A DNA stretch of 64,000 bases from an uncultured Pseudomonadota bacterium (GTDB lineage: Bacteria; Pseudomonadota; Alphaproteobacteria; RF32; CAG-239): the NCBI GenBank assembly GCA_902788365.1, contig CADAJN010000001.1:26020-90019 (forward strand). Direction: 5' to 3'. The stretch's first letter is position 1. Each line of letters begins with the position of its first letter. A program made the position numbers and the translations under genes. Of this stretch, positions 1-10,296 are shown one piece after another. Under the pieces are notes generated by a model. That model had not been told where the DNA came from and searched no databases. It saw only the letters and a list, made by a program, of their open reading frames with translations.

Positions 1-102
1 TCGACCGTCACACACTTCCGATTCGTTTGTTTTCTGGCCACATCCGACCAACAACCAGCAAACAAACAAAATTAACGCGCCAAAATGCTTCATTATTTTG
101 GC

Positions 103-702
103 CTATTCTATGCAACAGTTAACCGCTTTGCGCACCATACTCTTCATTTTTGCAAATGCGCTTGTCGGTTCGTTTTTTTCTTCTTCAGCCGCTAATGTGG
201 TCGTGTTTTTTATTTCCGGCATGGCTTGATTGATTTTTTCGCTGAGCTTTGTCATTTCTTCAACATCCGACTCCAGCCATTTTAAGTCTTTGCTCTCCAC
301 CATTCCCATGTTCAAGCCCCAAAACAAGCAATACAAATCATAAGCCGAATTAAATAATTTATATGCTTCCTCGTTGCGTCCCAAAGATTGCTGCTTTGTG
401 CCGACTTCCATTAAGCGCATAGAACTGGCCAATAAATGCTTAGAAATGCACCACACTTCGCCTTCATAGCTTGGAATAATTTGTTGCAACAAGTTTTTGC
501 GCATTTCACGAATTTGAGCAATGAGGTCAAAATATGAATTTTTGCCGGTTTTTGCGCCGGAAAATACCAAATGTTCCTCAATAGAAATCAGATTCATAAT
601 GGCAATGCTTAAATCTTGGTCCGAAGACAAATCTTTCGGGTTCAGCTTTTTTGCGGCGTCCACGCGTTCAACAAATTCTTTAACATTTTCAGCCTTTTTC
701 AT
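103..702 (-). CDS. hypothetical protein (start refined to MKKAENV; preceded by GGAG)
   Basis: Long ORF in the track at 103..768. The internal ATG at 702 has a GGAG Shine-Dalgarno sequence upstream. No recognisable domain. The C-terminus ends CCIE. Confidence 0.4.
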   Translation of the reverse strand: MKKAENVKEFVERVDAAKKLNPKDLSSDQDLSIAIMNLISIEEHLVFSGAKTGKNSYFDLIAQIREMRKNLLQQIIPSYEGEVWCISKHLLASSMRLMEVGTKQQSLGRNEEAYKLFNSAYDLYCLFWGLNMGMVESKDLKWLESDVEEMTKLSEKINQAMPEIKNTTTLAAEEEKNEPTSAFAKMKSMVRKAVNCCIE

Positions 703-844
703 CACAAACTCCTTCTGAAAAGCTTTATAATTTGCTTTCAAAATAAGATTGATTTGTCTCTTTGTCAAGAACTACATCGGCTTTTTAGCTTTATTGTTGA
801 TTTTTCAATTCCAATTGATTAGTGTTAAAGCGAAAGGAAAATCA

Positions 845-1234
845 ATGAGTTTTTTATCTTCTATTCCGTTTTTATCGGCCGGCAGCGGTGTTTTGGGATT
901 TTCAGTTGCATTGCTTACCACTGCATTGATGTTGGCATTGTGGCTTTTAGCGTTGCTTATTTTACATCCGTTACATGCCACAATCTTTGTTTTAGCTGCT
1001 GTTTTAGAATATGCTTTAATTTATTTTTTCGGTTTTTATTTATGGCTTGACTTGATTGCGTTTTTTTTATTTTATATCATTCTTTTCGGCACATACAACT
1101 TATTATTACGACGTTTTCTGCCATTACCTAAAAGTGAAGTTGAACTACTGATTAAGCTTTCGGAATTGCAACAAGAAGGCTTGCTGAATGACGAAGAATA
1201 TAAAGCCGCAAAAAAGCGCTTACTTAAACTTTAA
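845..1234 (+). CDS. membrane protein with C-terminal SHOCT-like motif
   Basis: ATG at 845 preceded by AAGGA. Three hydrophobic helices. The C-terminal LIKLSELQQEGLLNDEEYKAAKKRLL resembles the SHOCT short C-terminal domain. Confidence 0.45.
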   Translation: MSFLSSIPFLSAGSGVLGFSVALLTTALMLALWLLALLILHPLHATIFVLAAVLEYALIYFFGFYLWLDLIAFFLFYIILFGTYNLLLRRFLPLPKSEVELLIKLSELQQEGLLNDEEYKAAKKRLLKL

Positions 1235-1884
1235 TCCACAATATCGTGTTCGCGCCACAATGAATTGATAAATTCTTGTTGACGGTCATGAATCGGATTA
1301 CAAGAAATATCTGCACCCGATGCGTCCGGCAAGCATTGCACCCCTACATCGGCAAACTGATATGTGGCATATTTGCTGTAAACATCAAATATCTGAGGTA
1401 AAATATCGTCAATTTCCATCGGCGAATTGGCACAAAAAGTTGATTTATATTTCACGTCTGACGTCCCTTTCGGCCCGATATTCATGGTAAAACAAGTTTG
1501 ATCGTGATCTACATTTATGTCAGCATTACCTGAATATCCCAAAGAATCCGCCTCTTCTTGGTCGGTAAACAGCACGGCATCCGGATTTACATTGGCATAA
1601 GATGTATTTTTATAGGCTTCGGTTTGCTTATAAAATGTTTCAATATCAAAAATTGCAACTAAGTCGGCATTTTCCAGCGTGGCTGTCGGTTTTAACCCCA
1701 TTTCACCGAACTTATCGCTTAAAACCCTGCGCAACGGTGCGGCATATGTGCTGCGTAAATTACTGCGATAATAAACATTTTTACCGTGATCTTCCGCTAA
1801 ATTATTGTTTATTTTCAAATGATACGGATCTTGCGCACAAGCAACCAGCCCCATAAACGTCATCAACATCAGCACTTTTTTCAT
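1231..1884 (-). CDS. putative lipoprotein
   Basis: N-terminal MKKVLMLMTFMGLVAC lipobox-type signal. No known domain recognised. Confidence 0.5.
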   Translation of the reverse strand: MKKVLMLMTFMGLVACAQDPYHLKINNNLAEDHGKNVYYRSNLRSTYAAPLRRVLSDKFGEMGLKPTATLENADLVAIFDIETFYKQTEAYKNTSYANVNPDAVLFTDQEEADSLGYSGNADINVDHDQTCFTMNIGPKGTSDVKYKSTFCANSPMEIDDILPQIFDVYSKYATYQFADVGVQCLPDASGADISCNPIHDRQQEFINSLWREHDIVD

Positions 1885-1971
1885 TTTTAAGCCTTCCCTG
1901 TTATTATTTCAATTTTTTGTTGCTTATTTCAAAAATAGCGGTATTTTACTGTTCGTCAAAAGATAAAAGAA

Positions 1972-3453
1972 ATGAATACACAAGATAATGACATTTACAT
2001 TTTTGCTTTGACCGACTGTCATCAGGAGGCACGAAAACTCTGCTGTTTGTTCAGCGGCATGGTTGATTCTGCGCCGTCACACGGAAAAAACACACTGATT
2101 TGTGATTGCGGAGACTTATTCAAAGGCATTTATGGGCGTGATTTATGTGTAGAAAGCTATCTCACATTGCGTCGTCAATTACCCGAAGCAAAAATTGTTT
2201 TGGCCGTCGGTAATAATGATTTCGGTTTTAACACTGATGACATTAAATTTTTGCAACGCACTTCGCGTATTTTTAATCAAGCCAATATTCATCTTTTATG
2301 CGCAAATCTGCTTGATTTGAAAACTCAAAAATGTCCGGATTGGGTTGATCCTTATATTTTGCTTGAAATCAATCACAAAAAAATTATGGTCATGGCATTT
2401 TGTGTAAATCAAGTCAGCCTGAAAAAATATGGATTGCATTTGGCCAATATTACCGAAACTTTTTTACATTATAAAGATGCCATCAAACATATTGCCCCGG
2501 ATGCGTTGATTGTTTTGAATCACGCTTTAAAACCGGATAGTTGGGCTTTAGCGGAAGCAGCACGAGCTGCTGGAATTGATCTTAATTTGCTGATAGGCGG
2601 TCATGAACATGCCATTGTTGCCCCTGATGAAGGTAGGCGTATTTATTACCCGCAAGCATATAGCCGCACCATGTTGGCATTCAAATTATCGTATTCCCAA
2701 ACCAAATCAGCCGAACTGATTTTTTCCGGTGAAATCAGTTGTAAAAATTGCAATATTCTACCTGAATTTGAAAAGCCACTGGCAATTTATGAACAATCTT
2801 GCGGTTTGAATATACCTGTTGCCCCGAGTATTTTAAATTTGGAGCGCCAATATGCCAATCCGTCACCAATCGGCTCTTTTATTACCGACTTAATGCGCAC
2901 CGCGGCGCATGCCGATATTGCACTGTTATCTACAGGTTTTATATGTCACGCATTGCGTTATGAAGCCGGTAAAATATTGTCTTACTACAATATTGAGCGC
3001 GCCTTTTCGGCCGAAACACCTTTGCAAACAGTTGTTCTGCATCCGGCTGAATTAAAAGCTGTTTTTAACAGCGCAATACGCTATCGCTATCTGCTCGGCT
3101 CCGGTAATTCCTATTTTTTACAAGCTTCCAGCAACATATCCGTTAACTGTTGCAAAAAAGCTGACGGCATAGGCGAAGTAAAACAAATATATATTTATAA
3201 TGAGCCGCTGTTAAACGATGAAGGCAAACCGTTACATCCCGAAGATTCCTATTTATGTGCCATTGATCCTTATATCGGTTCAGGCGAACATGGCTTTGAT
3301 ATTTTGCGACCGTTAGAAAAGGAAACTCTGCTAAGAAACAATCAGCTGGTCAAAATCAAAGACTTATTCTTAAAAGGCATACAAGAAGCACCAAATAAAT
3401 ATACAGCCGGTAGTTCATATCCTACATATAAATTAAACGATATTGAAAATTAA
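1972..3453 (+). CDS. metallophosphoesterase / 5'-nucleotidase family protein
   Basis: Calcineurin-like motifs (LTDCHQ, AVGNNDFGF, GGHEHA) and a C-terminal 5'-nucleotidase-like region. No signal peptide. Confidence 0.55.
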   Translation: MNTQDNDIYIFALTDCHQEARKLCCLFSGMVDSAPSHGKNTLICDCGDLFKGIYGRDLCVESYLTLRRQLPEAKIVLAVGNNDFGFNTDDIKFLQRTSRIFNQANIHLLCANLLDLKTQKCPDWVDPYILLEINHKKIMVMAFCVNQVSLKKYGLHLANITETFLHYKDAIKHIAPDALIVLNHALKPDSWALAEAARAAGIDLNLLIGGHEHAIVAPDEGRRIYYPQAYSRTMLAFKLSYSQTKSAELIFSGEISCKNCNILPEFEKPLAIYEQSCGLNIPVAPSILNLERQYANPSPIGSFITDLMRTAAHADIALLSTGFICHALRYEAGKILSYYNIERAFSAETPLQTVVLHPAELKAVFNSAIRYRYLLGSGNSYFLQASSNISVNCCKKADGIGEVKQIYIYNEPLLNDEGKPLHPEDSYLCAIDPYIGSGEHGFDILRPLEKETLLRNNQLVKIKDLFLKGIQEAPNKYTAGSSYPTYKLNDIEN

Positions 3454-4280
3454 TCAAACATAGTCTGATAAAAAATACGCAATCGTCCGAAAATACCTGT
3501 TTTCGGTTTTGGAGAGATAATTTCCCAACCGCGTTTTTGCATAAATGCAAATTGATTATGATTTAAATTATAAACTAATCTGAGTGCTAATGTATCGCGC
3601 CGATTCAATTTGTTTAACAAGCGCTCGGCTTTTACAAATGTCGGAGTAATCTCTTTTGCCAAAATCTCACGAGCAACGGTTATGTTTTTATTTTCAACCA
3701 TTTGACGCACCGAATCAATTTTAATTTGCGCTTGTTGTAAAATATCTGCCGGAAAATAAAAAGAATCGACCTTTGCGTCATCTTTAACATCACGCAAAAT
3801 AGAGGTTATCATCATAATATGTCCTAAATCATCAGCCAACTCTCGATTTGCCACTGATTGGCGACCATTTATAATCAGCAACGTTAAATAAAAAGGTGCA
3901 ACTGCCGCACCGGCAATATATTTTTCAAAATCTGCACGAGACGGAGCTTTTAGCGGTGACGGCACATTTAAAGATACGCCATCTAAAATTTTCAGCCATA
4001 AATCTTTAGATAAATTAAACCGCATACAATTTTTATATATCTTACGTCCGATATTTGAAACCGGGACTTGTTTATCATAAATATTATCCAGTTCTTCACG
4101 CCATTGCTTCAGTAGCTCTTGCTTTTCTGCAATCGGCATTGCTGAACGCACAATTCCGTCTAAATGGCGGCAAAAGGCAAACAATGTATATATTGCCTCC
4201 CGTTTTGATTTTGGTAAACTGCGTGTGCACCAAAATAATATCGGTTGCGATTTTTTTACCACATCAGCTACTGATTGCAT
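3450..4280 (-). CDS. squalene/phytoene synthase family protein (HpnC/HpnD/CrtB-like)
   Basis: PKSKREAIYTLFAFCRHLDGIV matches the family N-terminal motif, but the first Asp-rich box is reduced to HLDGIV. The second box ILRDVKDDAKVD is retained. Confidence 0.5.
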   Translation of the reverse strand: MQSVADVVKKSQPILFWCTRSLPKSKREAIYTLFAFCRHLDGIVRSAMPIAEKQELLKQWREELDNIYDKQVPVSNIGRKIYKNCMRFNLSKDLWLKILDGVSLNVPSPLKAPSRADFEKYIAGAAVAPFYLTLLIINGRQSVANRELADDLGHIMMITSILRDVKDDAKVDSFYFPADILQQAQIKIDSVRQMVENKNITVAREILAKEITPTFVKAERLLNKLNRRDTLALRLVYNLNHNQFAFMQKRGWEIISPKPKTGIFGRLRIFYQTMFD

Positions 4281-5036
4281 TTAGATTTCCTTTTGTGTCA
4301 TTGTGCGATGTCGCACTGTTATAAATTGATAAACACTATATAGAATTATCTTTATTTCGTCAAGCACAGCAAGCTTTGCTTGTTTATTATTTTTCACGTC
4401 TGATTTTTCAACTGCCATGCGATTCAAAAACAGCGCTACACGCCACTTTAAGCTTTTGTGTTGCACAATAGACAGTAAAACCGAAGCACTTTTTAATTGT
4501 CCCCGAAATTTATTGTTTTTTTGCCGTGTGCTTAAGCGTATTTTTTTAGTTAAAGGTGACTTTTCCAACCATAAAATTTGCCCCCAAAATGCGCTCAGTA
4601 AAGCCTGCATCGGTAAATATGTGCTTGGTGCTTCATCGTTTAGAACCATAATCAAGCGCGCTAAAGCAGATACGGAGGTGCCAATAATTTCCGACAACTG
4701 ATCTTCTGATAGCGGTTGTTTTCCTGATGCCAAATAACGCCATGCCGGTAGTAAATCCAGCAGTAAATACAGCGACAGATTCTCAGCAACAAAAGCTTGT
4801 TGCAATTGCGCCAATATATTCTGTGACAAAGGAAAATCGCGGCGCATTGCTTTTTCTAAAAATTTAATTTGCTGTTGTTTTGTCTCTGTATCTTTAGTGG
4901 CAGAAAGAAAATGTTGCCACCCCATATGCCAAAATTTAAGATATAATAGCAAAAGCCAACGCTTTGATTTTGGCACCAGAATTAGTAGATCTTTAATATC
5001 AGGCATTGATTTGCTCCAACCATGTGGCAAAATCAT
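4281..5036 (-). CDS. squalene/phytoene synthase family-like paralogue (degenerate motifs)
   Basis: Weak but collinear similarity to the family ([15 protein letters not shown] ... [12 protein letters not shown]). Both Asp-rich boxes are largely absent. It abuts the previous gene by 1 nt and overlaps trmFO by 38 nt. Confidence 0.35.
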   Translation of the reverse strand: MILPHGWSKSMPDIKDLLILVPKSKRWLLLLYLKFWHMGWQHFLSATKDTETKQQQIKFLEKAMRRDFPLSQNILAQLQQAFVAENLSLYLLLDLLPAWRYLASGKQPLSEDQLSEIIGTSVSALARLIMVLNDEAPSTYLPMQALLSAFWGQILWLEKSPLTKKIRLSTRQKNNKFRGQLKSASVLLSIVQHKSLKWRVALFLNRMAVEKSDVKNNKQAKLAVLDEIKIILYSVYQFITVRHRTMTQKEI

Positions 5037-6342
5037 TCAATGCTCGTTGACAGTAAGCCGCTTTACGATCGGCACCTTTAATTTTTTTGAATTTGCCGTT
5101 TGCTGTTATTTCGCCCTGAATTGTCGGCAACAAACCAAAATTGATATTCATCGGTTGAAAGTCGGCTGTTGTATCGTGTAAGTGTGCCAACATCGCACCC
5201 GTAGCAGTTGTTTCCGGTGGCAAAATCGGTGTTTTACCGGCTGTCAAACAAGCCGCAAAATAACCGGCGACCATTCCCATACAAGCACTTTCCACATATC
5301 CTTCGCAGCCGCTGATCTGTCCGGCAAACATAATGTTTTGCTGATTTTTTAGGCGCAAAAACATATCCAATAATATCGGACTTTGAATAAATGTATTTTT
5401 ATGAATACCACCAAAACGTGCAAATTCAGCATTTTCTAATCCCGGAATAAGGCGCAACACTCTCTCTTGCGCACCATGCTTCATTTTAGTTTGAAAACCT
5501 ACAATATTACGCAACGTATCTTCTTTATTGTCTTGGCGCAATTGCACCACTGCATAAGGTTTAACCTCGCTGTGCGGATTGGTTAAACCGACCGGTTTCA
5601 TCGGTCCGAATAAAAGCGTATCGCGACCACGCTCGGCCATGACTTCTATTGGCAAGCAACCATCAAAATAATGCGGTTCTTCAAAATCGTGAAACGGCAT
5701 TTTTTCAGCGGTCAACAGTTCATCTACAAAATGCTCATATTCCTCTTTGGTCATCGGACAATTGATGTAATCAAATTTATCCCCTTTGTCATAACGTGAC
5801 TGATACCAAGCCTTATTGAAATCAATACTGTCTTTATACACTACCGGCGCAATCGCGTCATAAAAAGATAGTGTTCGCTGGTCTATCTTTTGTAAAATTG
5901 CGGCAATCAAATCCGGACTGGTCAACGGCCCTGTAGCTATGATTGTAAGCGGTGCATCAGGCAAAGGCAACTCTGTCACTTCGCCTTCAATCACTTCTAC
6001 CATACCGGTTTGCATGAGTTTTTGCGTAATCAAACGTGAAAAGCCATCACGATCCACCGCTAATGCTCCGCCGGCCGGAACTTTTGATAAATCGGCACAT
6101 TGCATAATAAGAGAACCGAAACGTCGCATTTCTTCATGCATTAATCCCACGGCATTGTGTTCAAAATCATCTGAACGCAGAGAATTTGAACACACCAACT
6201 CAGCAAAATGCGGGCTTTTATGAGCCGGCGAAAATTTTTGCGGTTTCATCTCAAACATTCTTACCTTAATACCGCGTTGAACTAACTGCCACGCTGCTTC
6301 GCATCCGGCCAATCCGGCGCCGATTATTTGCACAATTTGCAT
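4999..6342 (-). CDS. trmFO: methylenetetrahydrofolate--tRNA-(uracil-5-)-methyltransferase TrmFO
   Basis: N-terminal [16 protein letters not shown]-binding motif, about 447 aa, with Gid/TrmFO-like layout throughout. Confidence 0.8.
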   Translation of the reverse strand: MQIVQIIGAGLAGCEAAWQLVQRGIKVRMFEMKPQKFSPAHKSPHFAELVCSNSLRSDDFEHNAVGLMHEEMRRFGSLIMQCADLSKVPAGGALAVDRDGFSRLITQKLMQTGMVEVIEGEVTELPLPDAPLTIIATGPLTSPDLIAAILQKIDQRTLSFYDAIAPVVYKDSIDFNKAWYQSRYDKGDKFDYINCPMTKEEYEHFVDELLTAEKMPFHDFEEPHYFDGCLPIEVMAERGRDTLLFGPMKPVGLTNPHSEVKPYAVVQLRQDNKEDTLRNIVGFQTKMKHGAQERVLRLIPGLENAEFARFGGIHKNTFIQSPILLDMFLRLKNQQNIMFAGQISGCEGYVESACMGMVAGYFAACLTAGKTPILPPETTATGAMLAHLHDTTADFQPMNINFGLLPTIQGEITANGKFKKIKGADRKAAYCQRALNDFATWLEQINA

Positions 6343-6469
6343 TTTTTTGCTCCTTTAGTCTAACCTAGCTTGTTTTTAACACATTGTCCACCACAAATCG
6401 CAGCCGTTTTAAATCTTTTTTAAAGAGAATCGGTTAAACTTCATGTAGTTAAATGTAAGCGAGAATAAA

Positions 6470-7360
6470 ATGATATTTGATAAACGCTATTTTGTTTGGA
6501 TATTTTTTGCATTATTGCTTGGCAATTTTCCGCAAACGGTTTCTGCCGCAGAAGATGCAGAAACTTCGGCTCCGTCTTTGGCTGCCTATGTGCAACAAGG
6601 CGAAGAAGCGGTTATTGCCGGTGAAGAAAATGAAAATACCGAAGAAGAAACAACAAGCGATGAAAATAAAACTTGGTTTAATAATTTGGTAAACACCGCG
6701 GCGGAAAAAGGTTCGGCAATTATTACTTCAAACAAAGAGAAAGATAATTCTCAACGCCGTTCAAATGCTTCGGTTTTTGATATCAGCGGTGTTATGTTGC
6801 GTATGAGCCAAGAACAAACGCAACAAGCATTAACCAAGCGCGGTTACCGGAAAACATATGAAAAACTTGAAATTCCAAATTTTATTCAGTGGCGTTATGA
6901 AGAAATATGTCGCAACCAAGGCGTTATCGGATATGAACGTATTAACAATTGTGTTGTTTTGATGGCCAAGAAAAATAACTATCAATTTGTGCAACATCAA
7001 ACTTATGCTAATTTTAAAAACAATGAAACCATTGATGTATTTTATACCAGCAACTTTACCGGTAACAAAGTGCATCGCATTATGTATAGTTCCGAGGCAG
7101 CAAACATAAAAGGAGCCGGGGCCAAAGCAGATTATTTGCGCAATTTAAAAATTTATGACTTTTGGAAAAAAGTAAATCAAAAATACGGTGCACCTGACAA
7201 TCAAGAACAGATTATTTGGGGATTAGGTGATAACAAACCGTCTTTACAAGCTTCTACCGGTAAACTGATTCTGCAAGACCCGATGTTGCGTGAACTTGAT
7301 TTTACCAGAATGTCACGTGAAGATCAAAAATTTATGAACACGGCATTTTATACATTTTAG
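6470..7360 (+). CDS. secreted hypothetical protein
   Basis: Cleavable signal peptide (…FPQTVSA/AE) followed by an acidic linker. No recognised domain. Confidence 0.5.
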   Translation: MIFDKRYFVWIFFALLLGNFPQTVSAAEDAETSAPSLAAYVQQGEEAVIAGEENENTEEETTSDENKTWFNNLVNTAAEKGSAIITSNKEKDNSQRRSNASVFDISGVMLRMSQEQTQQALTKRGYRKTYEKLEIPNFIQWRYEEICRNQGVIGYERINNCVVLMAKKNNYQFVQHQTYANFKNNETIDVFYTSNFTGNKVHRIMYSSEAANIKGAGAKADYLRNLKIYDFWKKVNQKYGAPDNQEQIIWGLGDNKPSLQASTGKLILQDPMLRELDFTRMSREDQKFMNTAFYTF

Positions 7361-7372
7361 GAGTCTTTTTTT

Positions 7373-7984
7373 ATGGACAATCAACAAACTTTTTTAGCAA
7401 ATTTAGTATGCACCAGAATCAGCCATGATTTAGGCGGCAACATCGGCGCAATTTCTGCCGCTTTAGAACTGGCCGGTGATAATGGAAACAGTGTCTTGGA
7501 TGCTGACACAAAGAATATTTTAACATCAGCGACCGAAACATTAAAAATCCGGCAAAAATTTTTCCGGCTTACTTTCGGACTTGATTCCATAAGCATAACA
7601 CCGTCAGAACTAACCAAACTTTGCCAAGATTATCTTAATACTTTGGGCAACCGTTCGTCCAAACTGGATTTTGAATGTAACAATATTTCCGCAAATCTTG
7701 CTAAAATCATTTGTTTATGCATCATGATTGGTGCAGAAATTTGCATTAAAGGCGGACATATTAAAATCCATATCGGCGGTAATAAATTGACTATTGATGT
7801 GGCCTCCGATTATAAATTAGCAACGGCTAAAATTGCCTGCTATGAAGCATTGTTAAACGGCAAAAATGATATTGAAAATGCTTCGCAATTTGTGCAGATG
7901 ATTTACTTGCGGCAAATACTCGGTAATGATGTGCCTATAACATTACAAGCGGCAGATAACGCTTGCCGATTTGTTATCGGATAA
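7373..7984 (+). CDS. chpT: histidine phosphotransferase ChpT-like protein
   Basis: CTRISHDLGGNIGAISAALELA and FFRLTFGL align with the ChpT HisKA-like core (HDxxxP/GxxAI). Size is about 200 aa. Confidence 0.55.
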   Translation: MDNQQTFLANLVCTRISHDLGGNIGAISAALELAGDNGNSVLDADTKNILTSATETLKIRQKFFRLTFGLDSISITPSELTKLCQDYLNTLGNRSSKLDFECNNISANLAKIICLCIMIGAEICIKGGHIKIHIGGNKLTIDVASDYKLATAKIACYEALLNGKNDIENASQFVQMIYLRQILGNDVPITLQAADNACRFVIG

Positions 7985-8011
7985 CTATTTCTTCGTTGTT
8001 TTTAAAATACC

Positions 8012-8035
8012 AAAGCCCGCGACAAAGCGGGCTTT
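8012..8035. terminator. bidirectional intrinsic terminator between convergent genes
   Basis: Perfect 8-bp GC-rich stem aagcccgc/gcgggctt with A/T-rich flanks. Confidence 0.5.
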
Positions 8036-8044
8036 AACGGTATA

Positions 8045-8488
8045 TTACAAAGGTAAAACAAATCGCACATTATATACGGCCGGTTGGTGTTTTTGCTTGG
8101 TTGCAGACAAGCATTCCGTATCCGTCATTTGTTGTCCGTCTAACTTGACAAGCAGACGATTCACATCCGCGGCTCTGTTTTTGATAGCGCTTAAATGCAC
8201 GTCGGTCGGCACAATCCATGAATGTGCACCTACTTTGAGCTGTTCAGCCGCCAATTTTTGCGCCTGTGATAAACCAATCTCTTTTGTGCGCGTGCAAGCA
8301 TTATGCAAAGCCAACACAAAATCACCGGTAATATCTGAACCTAAAATAATGCCGATTGGTTCTCCGTGATACAAAGCATAGTGCAAACCACATTGGCTAT
8401 CCCAAACCTTTTGCACGTCTTCTTTTGCTAAAGATGTTTGGCGTTTAGGCAACAAACATTTCAGCTTTTTCATAAAACCTGTAGCCAT
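8045..8488 (-). CDS. conserved hypothetical protein
   Basis: 147-aa ORF with good coding periodicity. No motif recognised. Confidence 0.45.
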   Translation of the reverse strand: MATGFMKKLKCLLPKRQTSLAKEDVQKVWDSQCGLHYALYHGEPIGIILGSDITGDFVLALHNACTRTKEIGLSQAQKLAAEQLKVGAHSWIVPTDVHLSAIKNRAADVNRLLVKLDGQQMTDTECLSATKQKHQPAVYNVRFVLPL

Positions 8489-8596
8489 AGCAATTGTATT
8501 TAGAAATTAATAATTTGCGCCTAAATAATCTAGAAATCGCTTTTATATAGCATTTTTTAGACAAATAGTCAACATTTTAATTTTGGAAAAACATAT

Positions 8597-9466
8597 TTAT
8601 TTTTGTGCGTGATAAATTGTTGCTTGCTCAGCCAACCAATTATATAAATTCTGCATTTTTTGGTTACCGGCGGCAGCAAAATCTTCCGGATGCCATTGAA
8701 CACATAAAATATTTTGAGTTTCATTTCCCCATGCTTCCGGCACATCATCGGGGGCAAAGGCATAAATTTCCAAATCACTGTCCGCACCATCATTTACAAT
8801 TGCTTCCACGTGGCGCGAATTTACAACCGCTTCCGTAATTTCAAGCAAGCGATGCAACAAACTCTGTGGTTTAATTTGAATGGTGTGCGCCTCTAATTGC
8901 GGGGTTTTATGTTCCAAATCCGTAGAAATGGAGTCTGCAATATTATGATATAATTTAAATCCGTGCATACAGGCAATCATTTGCGCACCGGCGCAAACTC
9001 CAAGCATCGGCAATCTGCGTTTTTGTGCTTCTTTAATGCACGCAATATATGCTTGTGCGCGCAGTCCGGCTGGCGGATATTCCGGTAAAGGCTTGATGTA
9101 AAACTCCGGCGGCGACGCAAAACGTCCGCCCGGAAGCATCAGCGCGTCAATATCTTGCATTTGTGCCACGCAATCGCGATATGTTAAAAAGCACAAATTC
9201 ACGCCACTGTGTGCTAATGATTTGGCATAATTAAAATCCACGCTGTAATAATTTTGCTCACGGCAACATAAAAAACCCACCGTCGGCATTTCTTTTGCCG
9301 GCAACTGTTCTTGCAACAATTGATAATCCGCCGGATTTAAAGTAATATACGGTGCAGTATTCTGCCCTTCATATTTCGCAACATCTTCATCTGAAATTGC
9401 AAAAACATTATATTCCGGCAAATATTGCAAATAAATAGGCTGACCTGTCATTTTAACGAGATTCAT
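8597..9466 (-). CDS. class I glutamine amidotransferase-like / peptidase C26 (PuuD-like) family protein
   Basis: GVCAGAQ (nucleophile Cys) and VQWHPE (His-Glu) motifs typical of gamma-glutamyl hydrolase-like GATase1. Confidence 0.55.
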   Translation of the reverse strand: MNLVKMTGQPIYLQYLPEYNVFAISDEDVAKYEGQNTAPYITLNPADYQLLQEQLPAKEMPTVGFLCCREQNYYSVDFNYAKSLAHSGVNLCFLTYRDCVAQMQDIDALMLPGGRFASPPEFYIKPLPEYPPAGLRAQAYIACIKEAQKRRLPMLGVCAGAQMIACMHGFKLYHNIADSISTDLEHKTPQLEAHTIQIKPQSLLHRLLEITEAVVNSRHVEAIVNDGADSDLEIYAFAPDDVPEAWGNETQNILCVQWHPEDFAAAGNQKMQNLYNWLAEQATIYHAQK

Positions 9467-10142
9467 GCTCTTTAATTTTATGATAAATTGTGTCTGCTTT
9501 CATCAGCTGAACCGTATCTTGAGCTAAATGGCGAGAATGTGCCACTTTCAAAGAATCCTCCCATGTAATTGTATCCGGTGCGGAAGAAATAGAATCCGCG
9601 TGCATACCATCTTCCGGCAATTTTTCTGTTGTGGTCGCAGTTTCCCGCTGTGTTTTTATTACATTGCGACGCACCTCGTCACGCTGATTTGTTTCCGCAA
9701 TAAAATCACCAACATGTTTGGCCGCCACCACTACCGCGTGATTTTTATCGGCAAACAGCCCCACGTATCCGCGCGTAGTCTGTATGGCACCATTTTCGTC
9801 CGTCATCACAAAAACGGCATCATTTGAGCCATTGAAACAAACTTGTTGCAACCGCATGTTGTTGGCTGATTGATAATTTGCAAAATCTTTCTTGCTCAAC
9901 GCACGCGTTAACATATATGCGCCTTTTTGGCGCGTTCCGTCTTTGTTATAAAGCGGCACATCTACCAAATAAACCGTTACCTGCGCACCATATTTATCCT
10001 GCGCTTTCAGCGGCGTGTCATCCAAAAGTCCGGCTTTTTCCTTTTCTGATATTTCTTTAGGCTGTTTTTGGCAACCTGTTGACATTGTCAATGCCGCAGA
10101 TGCAACCATTAACATCGCCAGATGTTTTTGTTTATAAGTCAT
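9453..10142 (-). CDS. putative lipoprotein
   Basis: Start refined to MTYKQKHLAMLMVASAALTMSTGC (lipobox) with GGAGA upstream. Confidence 0.5.
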   Translation of the reverse strand: MTYKQKHLAMLMVASAALTMSTGCQKQPKEISEKEKAGLLDDTPLKAQDKYGAQVTVYLVDVPLYNKDGTRQKGAYMLTRALSKKDFANYQSANNMRLQQVCFNGSNDAVFVMTDENGAIQTTRGYVGLFADKNHAVVVAAKHVGDFIAETNQRDEVRRNVIKTQRETATTTEKLPEDGMHADSISSAPDTITWEDSLKVAHSRHLAQDTVQLMKADTIYHKIKEHESR

Positions 10143-10240
10143 TATATTTCTCCGTAATTTTGCATCGCAGTATAGCATAATTTGACAAAAAGTCAAAGAA
10201 AAAGTTATTTTTTTTACAATGTGACAGGCTCATTTTAAAA

Positions 10241-10282
10241 GCATAAAAAAACAGCGTCCTCCTTTTTTGAGGAGAACGCTGC
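10241..10282 (-). terminator. intrinsic terminator of the 1306-aa lipoprotein gene
   Basis: On the minus strand, cagcgttctcc/ggaggacgctg stem followed by TTTTTTT. Confidence 0.55.
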
Positions 10283-10296
10283 TTGAAATGGTAACT

